Positions 8,447 through 15,902 of a stretch of 64,000 nucleotides of DNA are shown piece after piece; position 1 is the stretch's first letter; each line of letters starts with the position of its first letter. Under the pieces are notes generated by a model. That model was not told the DNA's origin. It searched no databases and was given only the letters and a program-made list of their open reading frames with translations. Location of the stretch: positions 159,866 through 223,865 of the IMG/VR virus record IMGVR_UViG_3300028862_000012; one strand, 5' to 3'. Position numbers and translations under genes: made by a program.

Positions 8447-9676
8447 ATGACAGGACTTTGGGATGCAGGGAATAGCTCTTTAGATTATACAATAGTTGGA
8501 AATTGGAACGCAAATACTAATTCTCCTAATTTAGATGTTGTATCTACAATAGGAAATGCTTATATAGTTTCTACGGCTGGCACTCATACTCTTGGAACTA
8601 TATCAAATTGGAATGTTAATGATGTTGCTTTGAAAATATCTACAGGATGGGCTATTTTATCTAATAGATTTTCATTAGTTACTAATTATTTATATGTAGG
8701 AAAGCATGGTAGTGATACAGCAGGAAATGGTTCAGTAGAGAAACCTTTTTTAACAATTCAGAAAGCAATAAGTGTAGCTACAGCAGGTACAACTATTTTT
8801 GTATGGCCGGGAGCTTATACAGAAAACCTAGCATTAAAAGCAGGAGTAAACTTAGTAGCTCCTGCAAAGTTTTCGGTAACAGTTATAGGAACTGCTTCTA
8901 CTGGAATTACAGGAACAGTTTATTTAGAGAAAATAATTTTTAGAAATTCAACTGGCTATGCTCTAAATTTTAGTGGAACTACTGCTCAAAATATACAGGC
9001 TTTAATGTGTAACTTTGAGTCAGCAACAGGAAATGGATATGATGCTGTTAATTATTCAAATTCAAATGCATCCAGTAAATTATTTATGACTGATAGTGTA
9101 GTAACTACTTATACTTCTACAACGGCTAAAGCATTAAATGTTGTAGCTGGTTCTGCTGGAAGTATTATAATGGCAAATACTACAGTTCAGTTAGTAGATA
9201 ATCCTAATCATGTGGCTATTTATCTTGGTGGATCAGTTAGCTATACTCATACAATGGATGCAATAATAGGACAAGTAGTTACTGCTAATACTTCACATTT
9301 CACAGCGGCTATGTTAACTGTTACTACTTTAAGTGTCCCTACTTTAGTACATAATTCCACTTTTACAATGCCTAGTATGCTATCAAGTATTGTAACTACA
9401 ACAACTTCAACACCTGCTATAACAGGTTCAGGATTATTAACGTATGCGGCGGCTTTTTATGCAGGTACAGGAAGTGGAGGAGCGGCTACTTTAAATAATG
9501 GATTAGGCCCTTTACCTTTTGATATGGCTTCTATAAAGTTTAGGACTCAAGCAGGACTACTACCTAATACTGCTTTAGCTTTAGGATATTTAAATGGAGT
9601 TCTTGAATTTACCTCTTCTGGATTATATTTTAGTATTGGAACAACCAGATATAAATTAAGTATGACTGCTGTATAA
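8447..9676 (+). CDS. Tail spike / beta-helix (pectin-lyase-like) protein
   Basis: YVGKHGSDTAGNGSVEKPFLTIQKAI...VWPGAYTE motif typical of beta-helix starts; Thr/Ser/Ala-rich. Confidence 0.75.
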   Translation: MTGLWDAGNSSLDYTIVGNWNANTNSPNLDVVSTIGNAYIVSTAGTHTLGTISNWNVNDVALKISTGWAILSNRFSLVTNYLYVGKHGSDTAGNGSVEKPFLTIQKAISVATAGTTIFVWPGAYTENLALKAGVNLVAPAKFSVTVIGTASTGITGTVYLEKIIFRNSTGYALNFSGTTAQNIQALMCNFESATGNGYDAVNYSNSNASSKLFMTDSVVTTYTSTTAKALNVVAGSAGSIIMANTTVQLVDNPNHVAIYLGGSVSYTHTMDAIIGQVVTANTSHFTAAMLTVTTLSVPTLVHNSTFTMPSMLSSIVTTTTSTPAITGSGLLTYAAAFYAGTGSGGAATLNNGLGPLPFDMASIKFRTQAGLLPNTALALGYLNGVLEFTSSGLYFSIGTTRYKLSMTAV

Positions 9677-9870
9677 CAAGTGATGTATACTTTTTATCTT
9701 TCAGAAAGTGAAATTAAACAAATAATTTCTTCCTTAATACTTTCTAAAGATAAAGAGTTAATAAAACTCTTATTAGAACAAATAAATAAAATAGACTTAT
9801 CTGATAAGGAAATAGATATTATTATTGACAGCATTGTAGACATATGATAAAATAATATTGAGGTTTTTAT

Positions 9871-10527
9871 ATGCTTAAAAATATAGTAATTGGCGATATT
9901 CATGGTCGCAGTGATTGGAAGAAATATATAAAAGAAGAATTTGATAATTTTTATTTTGTAGGAGATTATTTTGATTCCAGAGATGGATTTTCTATTATAG
10001 ATCAAATTACAAATTTTAGAGAAATCTGTAAAGTAGTCAGAAAAGATTCACGATTTCATCTTTGTCTAGGAAATCATTGCCATCAATATCTTAGAGGACT
10101 AGAACCAGATTATTATTTAAGTTGTAGTGGCGCTCAATTTTCTGCTCGATTTGATATACAAGAAGTACTTGAAGCTAATATGGACTTAATTAAAATAGTA
10201 TATCAAATTGACGATACACTTATCTCTCATGCTGGAATCAGTAATAGCTTTATGAAAGTTTTAAATCTTACTAATCCACTTGATATTAATAATCGATTTA
10301 ATGAATATAGAACTTCTGTTGGTTGGAACGGCTATGATCCAAAAGGTTATGGAAATAATAAGGACAATAGCTGTTTATGGATACGTCCAGAGGCATTATT
10401 GTCTGACAAATTGACTGGCTATAAGCAAATAGTAGGGCATACTCATTTTGATATTATCACTACTATCGATGGTATTACTTTTACAGATAACAATAATAAA
10501 GAGGTCTATAGATTTTTATCTATATAA
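9871..10527 (+). CDS. Calcineurin-like metallophosphoesterase
   Basis: GDIHG, GDYFD, GNH, HAG, GHT motifs. Confidence 0.9.
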   Translation: MLKNIVIGDIHGRSDWKKYIKEEFDNFYFVGDYFDSRDGFSIIDQITNFREICKVVRKDSRFHLCLGNHCHQYLRGLEPDYYLSCSGAQFSARFDIQEVLEANMDLIKIVYQIDDTLISHAGISNSFMKVLNLTNPLDINNRFNEYRTSVGWNGYDPKGYGNNKDNSCLWIRPEALLSDKLTGYKQIVGHTHFDIITTIDGITFTDNNNKEVYRFLSI

Positions 10528-10606
10528 AATTATTGTAATTGTGAAATATTTCACAGCAAAATAGCTATTTTCAGCTTAGTTGTATTTAATATTTTCATAT
10601 TATTAG

Positions 10607-10635
10607 TTGACATAAATCTATTATAGGTATATAAT
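10607..10635 (+). promoter_or_regulatory. Consensus sigma70-type promoter, probably leaderless for ORF 10642
   Basis: TTGACA-17-TATAAT; ATG 6 nt after the -10 box; no SD. Confidence 0.85.
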
Positions 10636-10641
10636 TCTATT

Positions 10642-10887
10642 ATGAATATGAAGAGATTAACTATATCTACAGTTATACAAAAGAAATCGGTACAATATAC
10701 TTTGCGAATATATACAAAAAATAAGGCTACTATAACCTACCCCGAAATAGAGAATAAACAAGTACAATATTATCGGAAATCAATTACTAATGACTCTAAT
10801 ATTAAGACACTTGAACGTTTTTTCAGAATTCAAAGTTTAGTAATTGAAGATACAGTAACATTGCAAGATGTTATTGAAAGACTGTAA
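10642..10887 (+). CDS. Hypothetical early protein
   Basis: ORF directly after a consensus promoter. Confidence 0.7.
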   Translation: MNMKRLTISTVIQKKSVQYTLRIYTKNKATITYPEIENKQVQYYRKSITNDSNIKTLERFFRIQSLVIEDTVTLQDVIERL

Positions 10888-10896
10888 GGAGGTAAT

Positions 10897-11124
10897 ATGA
10901 AAAATCGGGGTTTTAAGAAAGGTGATTTTACTGTATATGTAACTATAGGAAAAGATACAAAAGGTAATGATTCCTTTGTAGGGACAATGTATGATAAAAC
11001 AGAAAAGCTTATTATGCCTGTCTATTCCACTATTTCACATTTTGATTGTGCATTGAAAGGAATAGCTTATATGCGAACATTAAATGATATGCCGAGTAAC
11101 TACAAATTAAAGGTGGCAGTATGA
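10897..11124 (+). CDS. Hypothetical protein
   Basis: AGGAGG RBS. Confidence 0.7.
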   Translation: MKNRGFKKGDFTVYVTIGKDTKGNDSFVGTMYDKTEKLIMPVYSTISHFDCALKGIAYMRTLNDMPSNYKLKVAV

Positions 11125-11398
11125 AAGAAACAGAAATTATAGAATTTAAAAATGATTCTTTAATTATTAAAGAAAACTTTTTAATAAACTCTAAATACAA
11201 AGATATTAAAGCACTGCGAGAGAAGACCAAAGATGAAGAGGATTATATGCCAGATACTAACGCTTTGTGCTTGCAGTAATGTTAGTATAAAGTGTGATCT
11301 TATACTGAACAGTGGAATTTATGTTAGAACGACAAACAACCGTGTACCGGCCTTGCGGCCACTACACGGATAATTTGCGGGAAGAAAAGGAGGGAAGA

Positions 11399-12226
11399 TT
11401 GACAGCATCAGAATTATTTTCTGGGAATAAACATAATCACGGCGATCACAACTGCTATTACTGTGGTGCATCGTGTGATGAACAATATAAAACCGCTGAT
11501 TACGTAAAAGATACGTTTACCAATCGCGATATTGTGAAATATCCACAGTCGCAATTTGTTTGTGTCGGCTGCGTTGAATCTCTAGGGAATGGCGAAGACA
11601 AAATGCCGTTCATCGACGGGACGGTGAAAGTCAGAGAGAACGCGCGTGGTATGTGCCCGCGAATGTATTCGTGGATTTTATTTACAGATCATAAGCTCGC
11701 CGGAACAAAGGCCCATATAAAAGAATGGCGCGAGCTTTTAGCCAATCCTCCCGAACCGCCATTTGCAGTAATCCTTGCAGATTCCGGGCAGAAGCAGTTG
11801 ATATTCCGTGCACCTATCGCAATGAGTAAAAAGTGTTTTTCAATTCTTCTTGAAGATGAATGTATCGAAGTAATTCCCGAACAGCTTGCAGAACGCCTTG
11901 AAATGTGTACACCGATTTGCGCGGCTCTTGGCAAACCTGCACTGCAGGGAGAAATCTCTTTTTCATCTTATACCCGATATAACGAATATCATGGTGAAAT
12001 TGAAACTCTTGAAAAATGGTTGGCCATTCGTGACCAGCCTTTGTCGCGCCTTGCGGCGTGGTTATCGCTATCAAAGGAGAATGCACAGAATGAGTATGCA
12101 AGTATTGAGTGCGGAAAAGTTCCGGCAGGAACTCGCGGGACTAGTGGACAAAAGCCGGACGATTCCAGAAATGGAACTCGGAGTAATCAAGGATCAGGCG
12201 GTCAGGTTCTGCTCGATCTTGGCTGA
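11399..12226 (+). CDS. csf1: Type IV CRISPR large subunit Csf1 (Cas8-like)
   Basis: Zn-finger CYYCGxxC...CVGC, QKQLIFRAP motif; probable TTG start at 11399 after AGGAGG (track start 11312); first gene of csf operon. Confidence 0.85.
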   Translation: MTASELFSGNKHNHGDHNCYYCGASCDEQYKTADYVKDTFTNRDIVKYPQSQFVCVGCVESLGNGEDKMPFIDGTVKVRENARGMCPRMYSWILFTDHKLAGTKAHIKEWRELLANPPEPPFAVILADSGQKQLIFRAPIAMSKKCFSILLEDECIEVIPEQLAERLEMCTPICAALGKPALQGEISFSSYTRYNEYHGEIETLEKWLAIRDQPLSRLAAWLSLSKENAQNEYASIECGKVPAGTRGTSGQKPDDSRNGTRSNQGSGGQVLLDLG

Positions 12227-12578
12227 GGTGTTCGGCGAAGACCTTGACCGGAAAACTTTATGGGAGCGTATCGGAAACGGCCTTATTGTCGCAGCTGCAA
12301 AATGCGGCGGCGACTGGGAGCTGTTCGTCAATGAGATGCTCAAATACATTAAGGCAGAACCGGGAAAAGTAGCGGCGAATCGCGGGCTTGCGGCTTTCAT
12401 CGACGAGATGCTTGTTCGCCCGAAAGAATGGCAAGAGCAGTTTGTCCGCGAATGCGAGGCAAAGCATATGTTCATTTGCGTCAAAGCGCGGATGCTCTGG
12501 AACTCACGAAAAACACCACAGGACAATCCCGATGCAGAAGATCGTTTGACCGGAGGTGCAGAAAATGGAACTAATTAA
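12090..12578 (+). CDS. cas11: Type IV small subunit (Cas11-like)
   Basis: Helical ~160 aa protein (DRKTLWERIGNGL) between csf1 and csf2; start chosen by RBS AGGAG at 12075. Confidence 0.7.
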   Translation: MSMQVLSAEKFRQELAGLVDKSRTIPEMELGVIKDQAVRFCSILAEVFGEDLDRKTLWERIGNGLIVAAAKCGGDWELFVNEMLKYIKAEPGKVAANRGLAAFIDEMLVRPKEWQEQFVRECEAKHMFICVKARMLWNSRKTPQDNPDAEDRLTGGAENGTN

Positions 12579-13521
12579 AAACTGCAAAATACATTGCCTT
12601 TCAACGGCATTATCTCCGATCACGCACATGATGGGAACCTCTGGGAATGAATCCGTCATCAACCGCGAATCAGTCCTGTTCAAAAATAAAATCAGACAGG
12701 TTCCGGTTCTGTCTGGCAACGCAATTCGTCACAAGATGATACGCGATCCAGGCGGCCTCTACCTTATCAAAGAGTGCGGACTTGTCGGGAAGCTGAACAT
12801 CGATCAAGCGAATTACCTACTGAATGGCGGTTCTCTGACAGAATCTTCGACAACGGAAAACCTTGGGCGTATTGCAGAAATGCAAACACTCATGCCGCTC
12901 ACCCGACTGCTCGGAGGATCACTACGAAATCAGGTTATCGGTGGATCTCTGTTTGTTCTTCGAGGGCTTTTGGTCTGCGAGGAAAACAGAAGCCAGATTC
13001 AGAAACAACTTCCAGAAGGCTACGAACTTCCTGAACAGGCATTGCGTTCGGCGGAAGATTTCATCGATCAATATCAGTACACCCGCGGAGATGCGCAAAA
13101 ACGGAACGACGCTGATCTTATGCTTGAAGAAAAATCCGATGACGTAAAATCAAATCTTATGATTTACAACGGACAGGATGTAATTCCCGGTTCTGTTTTC
13201 TATCATGGGTTCACCTTACAGAATATTTCACCGATCGAAGTAGGGGCATTGCTCCATTCGCTTATTCAGTGGGATGCAGCGGGCGGATTTATCGGAGGTC
13301 AATCACGCATAGGACATGGAAAACTCAAGATGTCGATTTTCTTCGAGGACGGAGACGACTTCATGGGAAATGAACTCAATCCGGCTGATATCGTGAAAAT
13401 GTATATCGACCACGTACACGCGAATGCAGAAAAAATTGCGCAATGGCTCGATGATACATTCCCGAACAAAGGGAAAAAAGCGGACGCGAAAAAACTTGCT
13501 GAAGGAGCGCTCGGCTTATGA
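12556..13521 (+). CDS. csf2: Type IV backbone subunit Csf2 (Cas7 RAMP)
   Basis: ALSPITH, VPVLSGNAIRH, LLGGS and Gly-loop IGGQSRIGHG motifs. Confidence 0.9.
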   Translation: MQKMELIKNCKIHCLSTALSPITHMMGTSGNESVINRESVLFKNKIRQVPVLSGNAIRHKMIRDPGGLYLIKECGLVGKLNIDQANYLLNGGSLTESSTTENLGRIAEMQTLMPLTRLLGGSLRNQVIGGSLFVLRGLLVCEENRSQIQKQLPEGYELPEQALRSAEDFIDQYQYTRGDAQKRNDADLMLEEKSDDVKSNLMIYNGQDVIPGSVFYHGFTLQNISPIEVGALLHSLIQWDAAGGFIGGQSRIGHGKLKMSIFFEDGDDFMGNELNPADIVKMYIDHVHANAEKIAQWLDDTFPNKGKKADAKKLAEGALGL

Positions 13522-14198
13522 TAAAGAACTGGAAAGTCACCGCATGGCTTTCCAGCCCTTTGGCTGGAGAACCCCCACAGTTTGACGCAATACTCGGATG
13601 GGAACTTGCGCGTCGGCTTGGGTATAAACATTGCCGAAAGCTTACAAGAGATACGCCGTTGAGCGATATTCAAAATCCGCCGATCCCACTTGCGCAGCGT
13701 ACTATTTCAGGCGTTGACGTGTTCTGCTGTTCAGCGCCGATACTTCCCGAGCCTCATGATGAATGGGTTGAGAGAATATCAAAGCGGATTGACACCGACG
13801 AAATAGCCTTGCTTCTTGCGCCTGAGTTCCGCAAGTCTCTGCTTGTAGCATCTGGCCCGTATAAGATGCGGTATGTTCCTGAGCGGATTCGCCTTATTGA
13901 TTGCGTATGCTGGTTTGTACGTGGAGATAGAAAAGAAATACACAAGCTAGTAAAATCAGTCTATGCGATTGGGAAGCATCGTAATATTGGGTATGGTCAG
14001 GTTGAAGATTGGACGTTTGAAGAAACTGAAGAAGATTATTCCATCTCTGCATTACGTCAAGGCAAGCCGGTGCTTATGAAAATAATTCCGTTCGGAAGCG
14101 AATGTCAAAATATGACTGGATACAAACATTCTTTCGGCGCGGCGAATATGCCGTATTGGCATCCGGAGAATTATCGGGAGATTGCTTCTCCATGTTGA
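13518..14198 (+). CDS. csf3: Type IV Csf3 (Cas5 RAMP)
   Basis: VTAWLSSPLAG N-terminus, IGKHRNIGYG Gly-loop, C-terminal PYWHP. Confidence 0.85.
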   Translation: MIKNWKVTAWLSSPLAGEPPQFDAILGWELARRLGYKHCRKLTRDTPLSDIQNPPIPLAQRTISGVDVFCCSAPILPEPHDEWVERISKRIDTDEIALLLAPEFRKSLLVASGPYKMRYVPERIRLIDCVCWFVRGDRKEIHKLVKSVYAIGKHRNIGYGQVEDWTFEETEEDYSISALRQGKPVLMKIIPFGSECQNMTGYKHSFGAANMPYWHPENYREIASPC

Positions 14199-14479
14199 TT
14201 GACAAGAAGATAATATTTAGAGCCGGGACGGATACGAAAGAATTATATTTATGTGTTGCGGCTCTAAATAAATATCTTGTAGAAAACGAGATAAGATCAA
14301 ACGATAGAGAACGGACATACAACGTCCACAACAACACGAAAGAAATATACATACGTGAGAGAAGTAAAAGTATTTTTGTGAGGTATAAAAAATTAAAAGA
14401 ACCGAAAGCGCGAGCGCGAAAAGATAAACAGTTAACGAGAGAAACTACAAACAGTACATATGGAGATGGTAGGTGTTAA
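14192..14479 (+). CDS. Small basic hypothetical protein inside the IV-B operon
   Basis: ATG overlaps the csf3 stop; overlaps cysH start (track 14102..14479). Confidence 0.5.
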   Translation: MLIDKKIIFRAGTDTKELYLCVAALNKYLVENEIRSNDRERTYNVHNNTKEIYIRERSKSIFVRYKKLKEPKARARKDKQLTRETTNSTYGDGRC

Positions 14480-15168
14480 TAATAACAGATCGTCATACAG
14501 AAAAAGATTTGAAACTTTGGAAAGAGTATAAGGAGATTGATAAAATATCAACATACTCTGAAAAGAAAATAGAGCTTGCAAAAAAATCTATCAATGAGTT
14601 TTCATGTAAACATATTGATACTGTTATATATACGTCATGGGGAAAGGATTCGATTATTCTTCTTCATCTTGTCGCGCTAATGGAATTAAAATATCCGGTT
14701 GTATATGTACGTTTTAATGACCGCGATAATCCAGATTGTGAATTAGTTCGCGATGCGTTTCTGAAGAAATACAATATTGATTATCACGAGGAATATTTTG
14801 ATTATAAACGCGTTCGTGCAAAAGATTTGCACTGGAAAGAAACGGCTAATAAATATGGGCATCATAGAATTACCGGAATAAGAAACGATGAATCAGGGCG
14901 TCGATTATTGAACTGGAAAAAATACGGCTTCTTTTCAGAAAATACTTGTCGCCCATTATCATTGCTTACAAACAAAGAAGTATTCGCATATATTTATCAT
15001 AATGATTTACCGCTATGCCCTGTATATGGATACCTCGGAGGTGGAAGATGGCCACGTGAAAACATACGAACTCATTCACTCGCAGGTTCAAGTGCGGATG
15101 GTTTCGGACGAACGGAATGGGAGTTCGAATATTATCCTGATATTTTGAACAGAATTAAGAGTTTCTAA
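14473..15168 (+). CDS. cysH: CysH-like (PAPS reductase family) protein, type IV-B accessory gene
   Basis: PP-loop SWGKDS, TGIRNDES..R, RPL...EVFAYI..NDLPLCPVY. Confidence 0.85.
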   Translation: MLIITDRHTEKDLKLWKEYKEIDKISTYSEKKIELAKKSINEFSCKHIDTVIYTSWGKDSIILLHLVALMELKYPVVYVRFNDRDNPDCELVRDAFLKKYNIDYHEEYFDYKRVRAKDLHWKETANKYGHHRITGIRNDESGRRLLNWKKYGFFSENTCRPLSLLTNKEVFAYIYHNDLPLCPVYGYLGGGRWPRENIRTHSLAGSSADGFGRTEWEFEYYPDILNRIKSF

Positions 15169-15221
15169 TAACTGGTTCCACCTGACAATCTTGCGGATTG
15201 CAGGTGAACCAAGTGTTAGGT
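15163..15221 (+). other. attC-like recombination site (59 bp)
   Basis: Inverse core TTCTAAT containing the cysH stop; core GTTAGGT; imperfect palindrome with two extrahelical bases (top C and A = bottom G and T) and an unpaired central spacer. Confidence 0.8.
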
Positions 15222-15227
15222 TGACGC

Positions 15228-15265
15228 TCAATCCATATAGCGCCAGTAGCTGCTATATGGATTGA
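15228..15265 (+). terminator. 14-bp perfect hairpin, probable terminator of the IV-B operon
   Basis: TCAATCCATATAGC / GCTATATGGATTGA. Confidence 0.6.
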
Positions 15266-15318
15266 CCGCAAAAAAGAGCGAAAAAGTGCATTTTTCTGCC
15301 TTTTTTTACATTATTTAG

Positions 15319-15347
15319 TTGACATAATATCTTGATTGTAGTATGCT
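15319..15347 (+). promoter_or_regulatory. sigma70-type promoter of cassette 2
   Basis: TTGACA-17-TATGCT with upstream A/T tracts. Confidence 0.8.
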
Positions 15348-15419
15348 TTAATCAAGGTTGATAGTTAAGGCAACCAAATCTAAACGACCTACGGGCTGGT
15401 CAGTAAACCCGAAAAACAA

Positions 15420-15692
15420 ATGAAGCACGGAAAACTTACCAGAGAACAGGCTATCGAAATCGCAGGATCAGAGATCGTCAAAAAGCTCGATTATGTTAAC
15501 TGCGAACCCACAAGCCGGTTACAGTGCGACGGCGACGACTCAACCGAGTACACCGCATCACTCAAGACCGCCAACGGCGAAACGCTTATTGCCTACTACT
15601 ACACAACACCCGAGCAAGAGCAGACAATTGCAGACGCAGACGCAGATGGTTCGGCGATAGACTGGGAAATCAACGGATACGAGGTTATTTGA
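15420..15692 (+). CDS. Small acidic hypothetical protein (anti-defence candidate)
   Basis: 90 aa, Asp/Glu-rich, first gene after a strong promoter. Confidence 0.7.
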   Translation: MKHGKLTREQAIEIAGSEIVKKLDYVNCEPTSRLQCDGDDSTEYTASLKTANGETLIAYYYTTPEQEQTIADADADGSAIDWEINGYEVI

Positions 15693-15874
15693 TGCAACAC
15701 GGCGGCAAGCGAAATGGGGCGGGCCGCCGCCCTATTTTTGAAAAAACAAAGCTGACCCAAATACGGGTAAATCAGGAAATCTGGGACGCTATCCCGGCAC
15801 CAAAAGCGGCATGGGTTAGGGAAGCGATTGAAGAAAAAGCGAAAAAAAAGAACCTAACAACTGCCTTAACCTGA
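15692..15874 (+). CDS. Small DNA-binding protein (GGxRxGAGR motif plus ribbon-helix-helix-like)
   Basis: HGGKRNGAGRRP, TQIRVNQEIWD, WVREAIEEK; ATG overlaps the previous TGA. Confidence 0.65.
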   Translation: MQHGGKRNGAGRRPIFEKTKLTQIRVNQEIWDAIPAPKAAWVREAIEEKAKKKNLTTALT

Positions 15875-15878
15875 TGTT
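15851..15878 (+). other. Truncated attC relic
   Basis: ACCTAACAACTGCCTTAACCTGA resembles the left arm of the 15163 site (CCTGA); right arm missing, followed by GTT. Confidence 0.5.
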
Positions 15879-15902
15879 AATTTAGAAGACGATTTAAAAG
15901 AT

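Larger units (their letters stand above)
11323..15215 (+). mobile_element. Putative integron-type gene cassette 1 carrying the type IV-B operon
   Basis: Starts at G|TTAGAA (11323), complementary at 6/7 to the inverse core TTCTAAT (15163-15169) of its own attC; visibly GC-richer than flanks. Confidence 0.6.
15216..15876 (+). mobile_element. Putative integron-type gene cassette 2 (promoter plus two small ORFs)
   Basis: 5' end GTTAGGTT is the exact complement of AACCTAAC (15851-15858) at its 3' end; GC-richer; 3' attC truncated. Confidence 0.65.

Noticed and set aside
5988-9676. Diversity-generating retroelement acting on the tail fibres
   Set aside because: No reverse transcriptase or TR/VR pair seen in the window.
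9670-9720. attC site after the tail spike (GTATAACAAG at the stop)
   Set aside because: No complementary arm or GTT core downstream.
11254-11288. Complete attC upstream of csf1 (ATACTAAC...GTTAGTAT)
   Set aside because: Only ~35 bp with no L-box pairing; at best a degraded relic. The better cassette boundary is GTTAGAA at 11323.
11689-14352. Alternative-frame and antisense ORFs over the csf genes
   Set aside because: Expected shadows of GC-richer coding DNA; no RBS or motifs.
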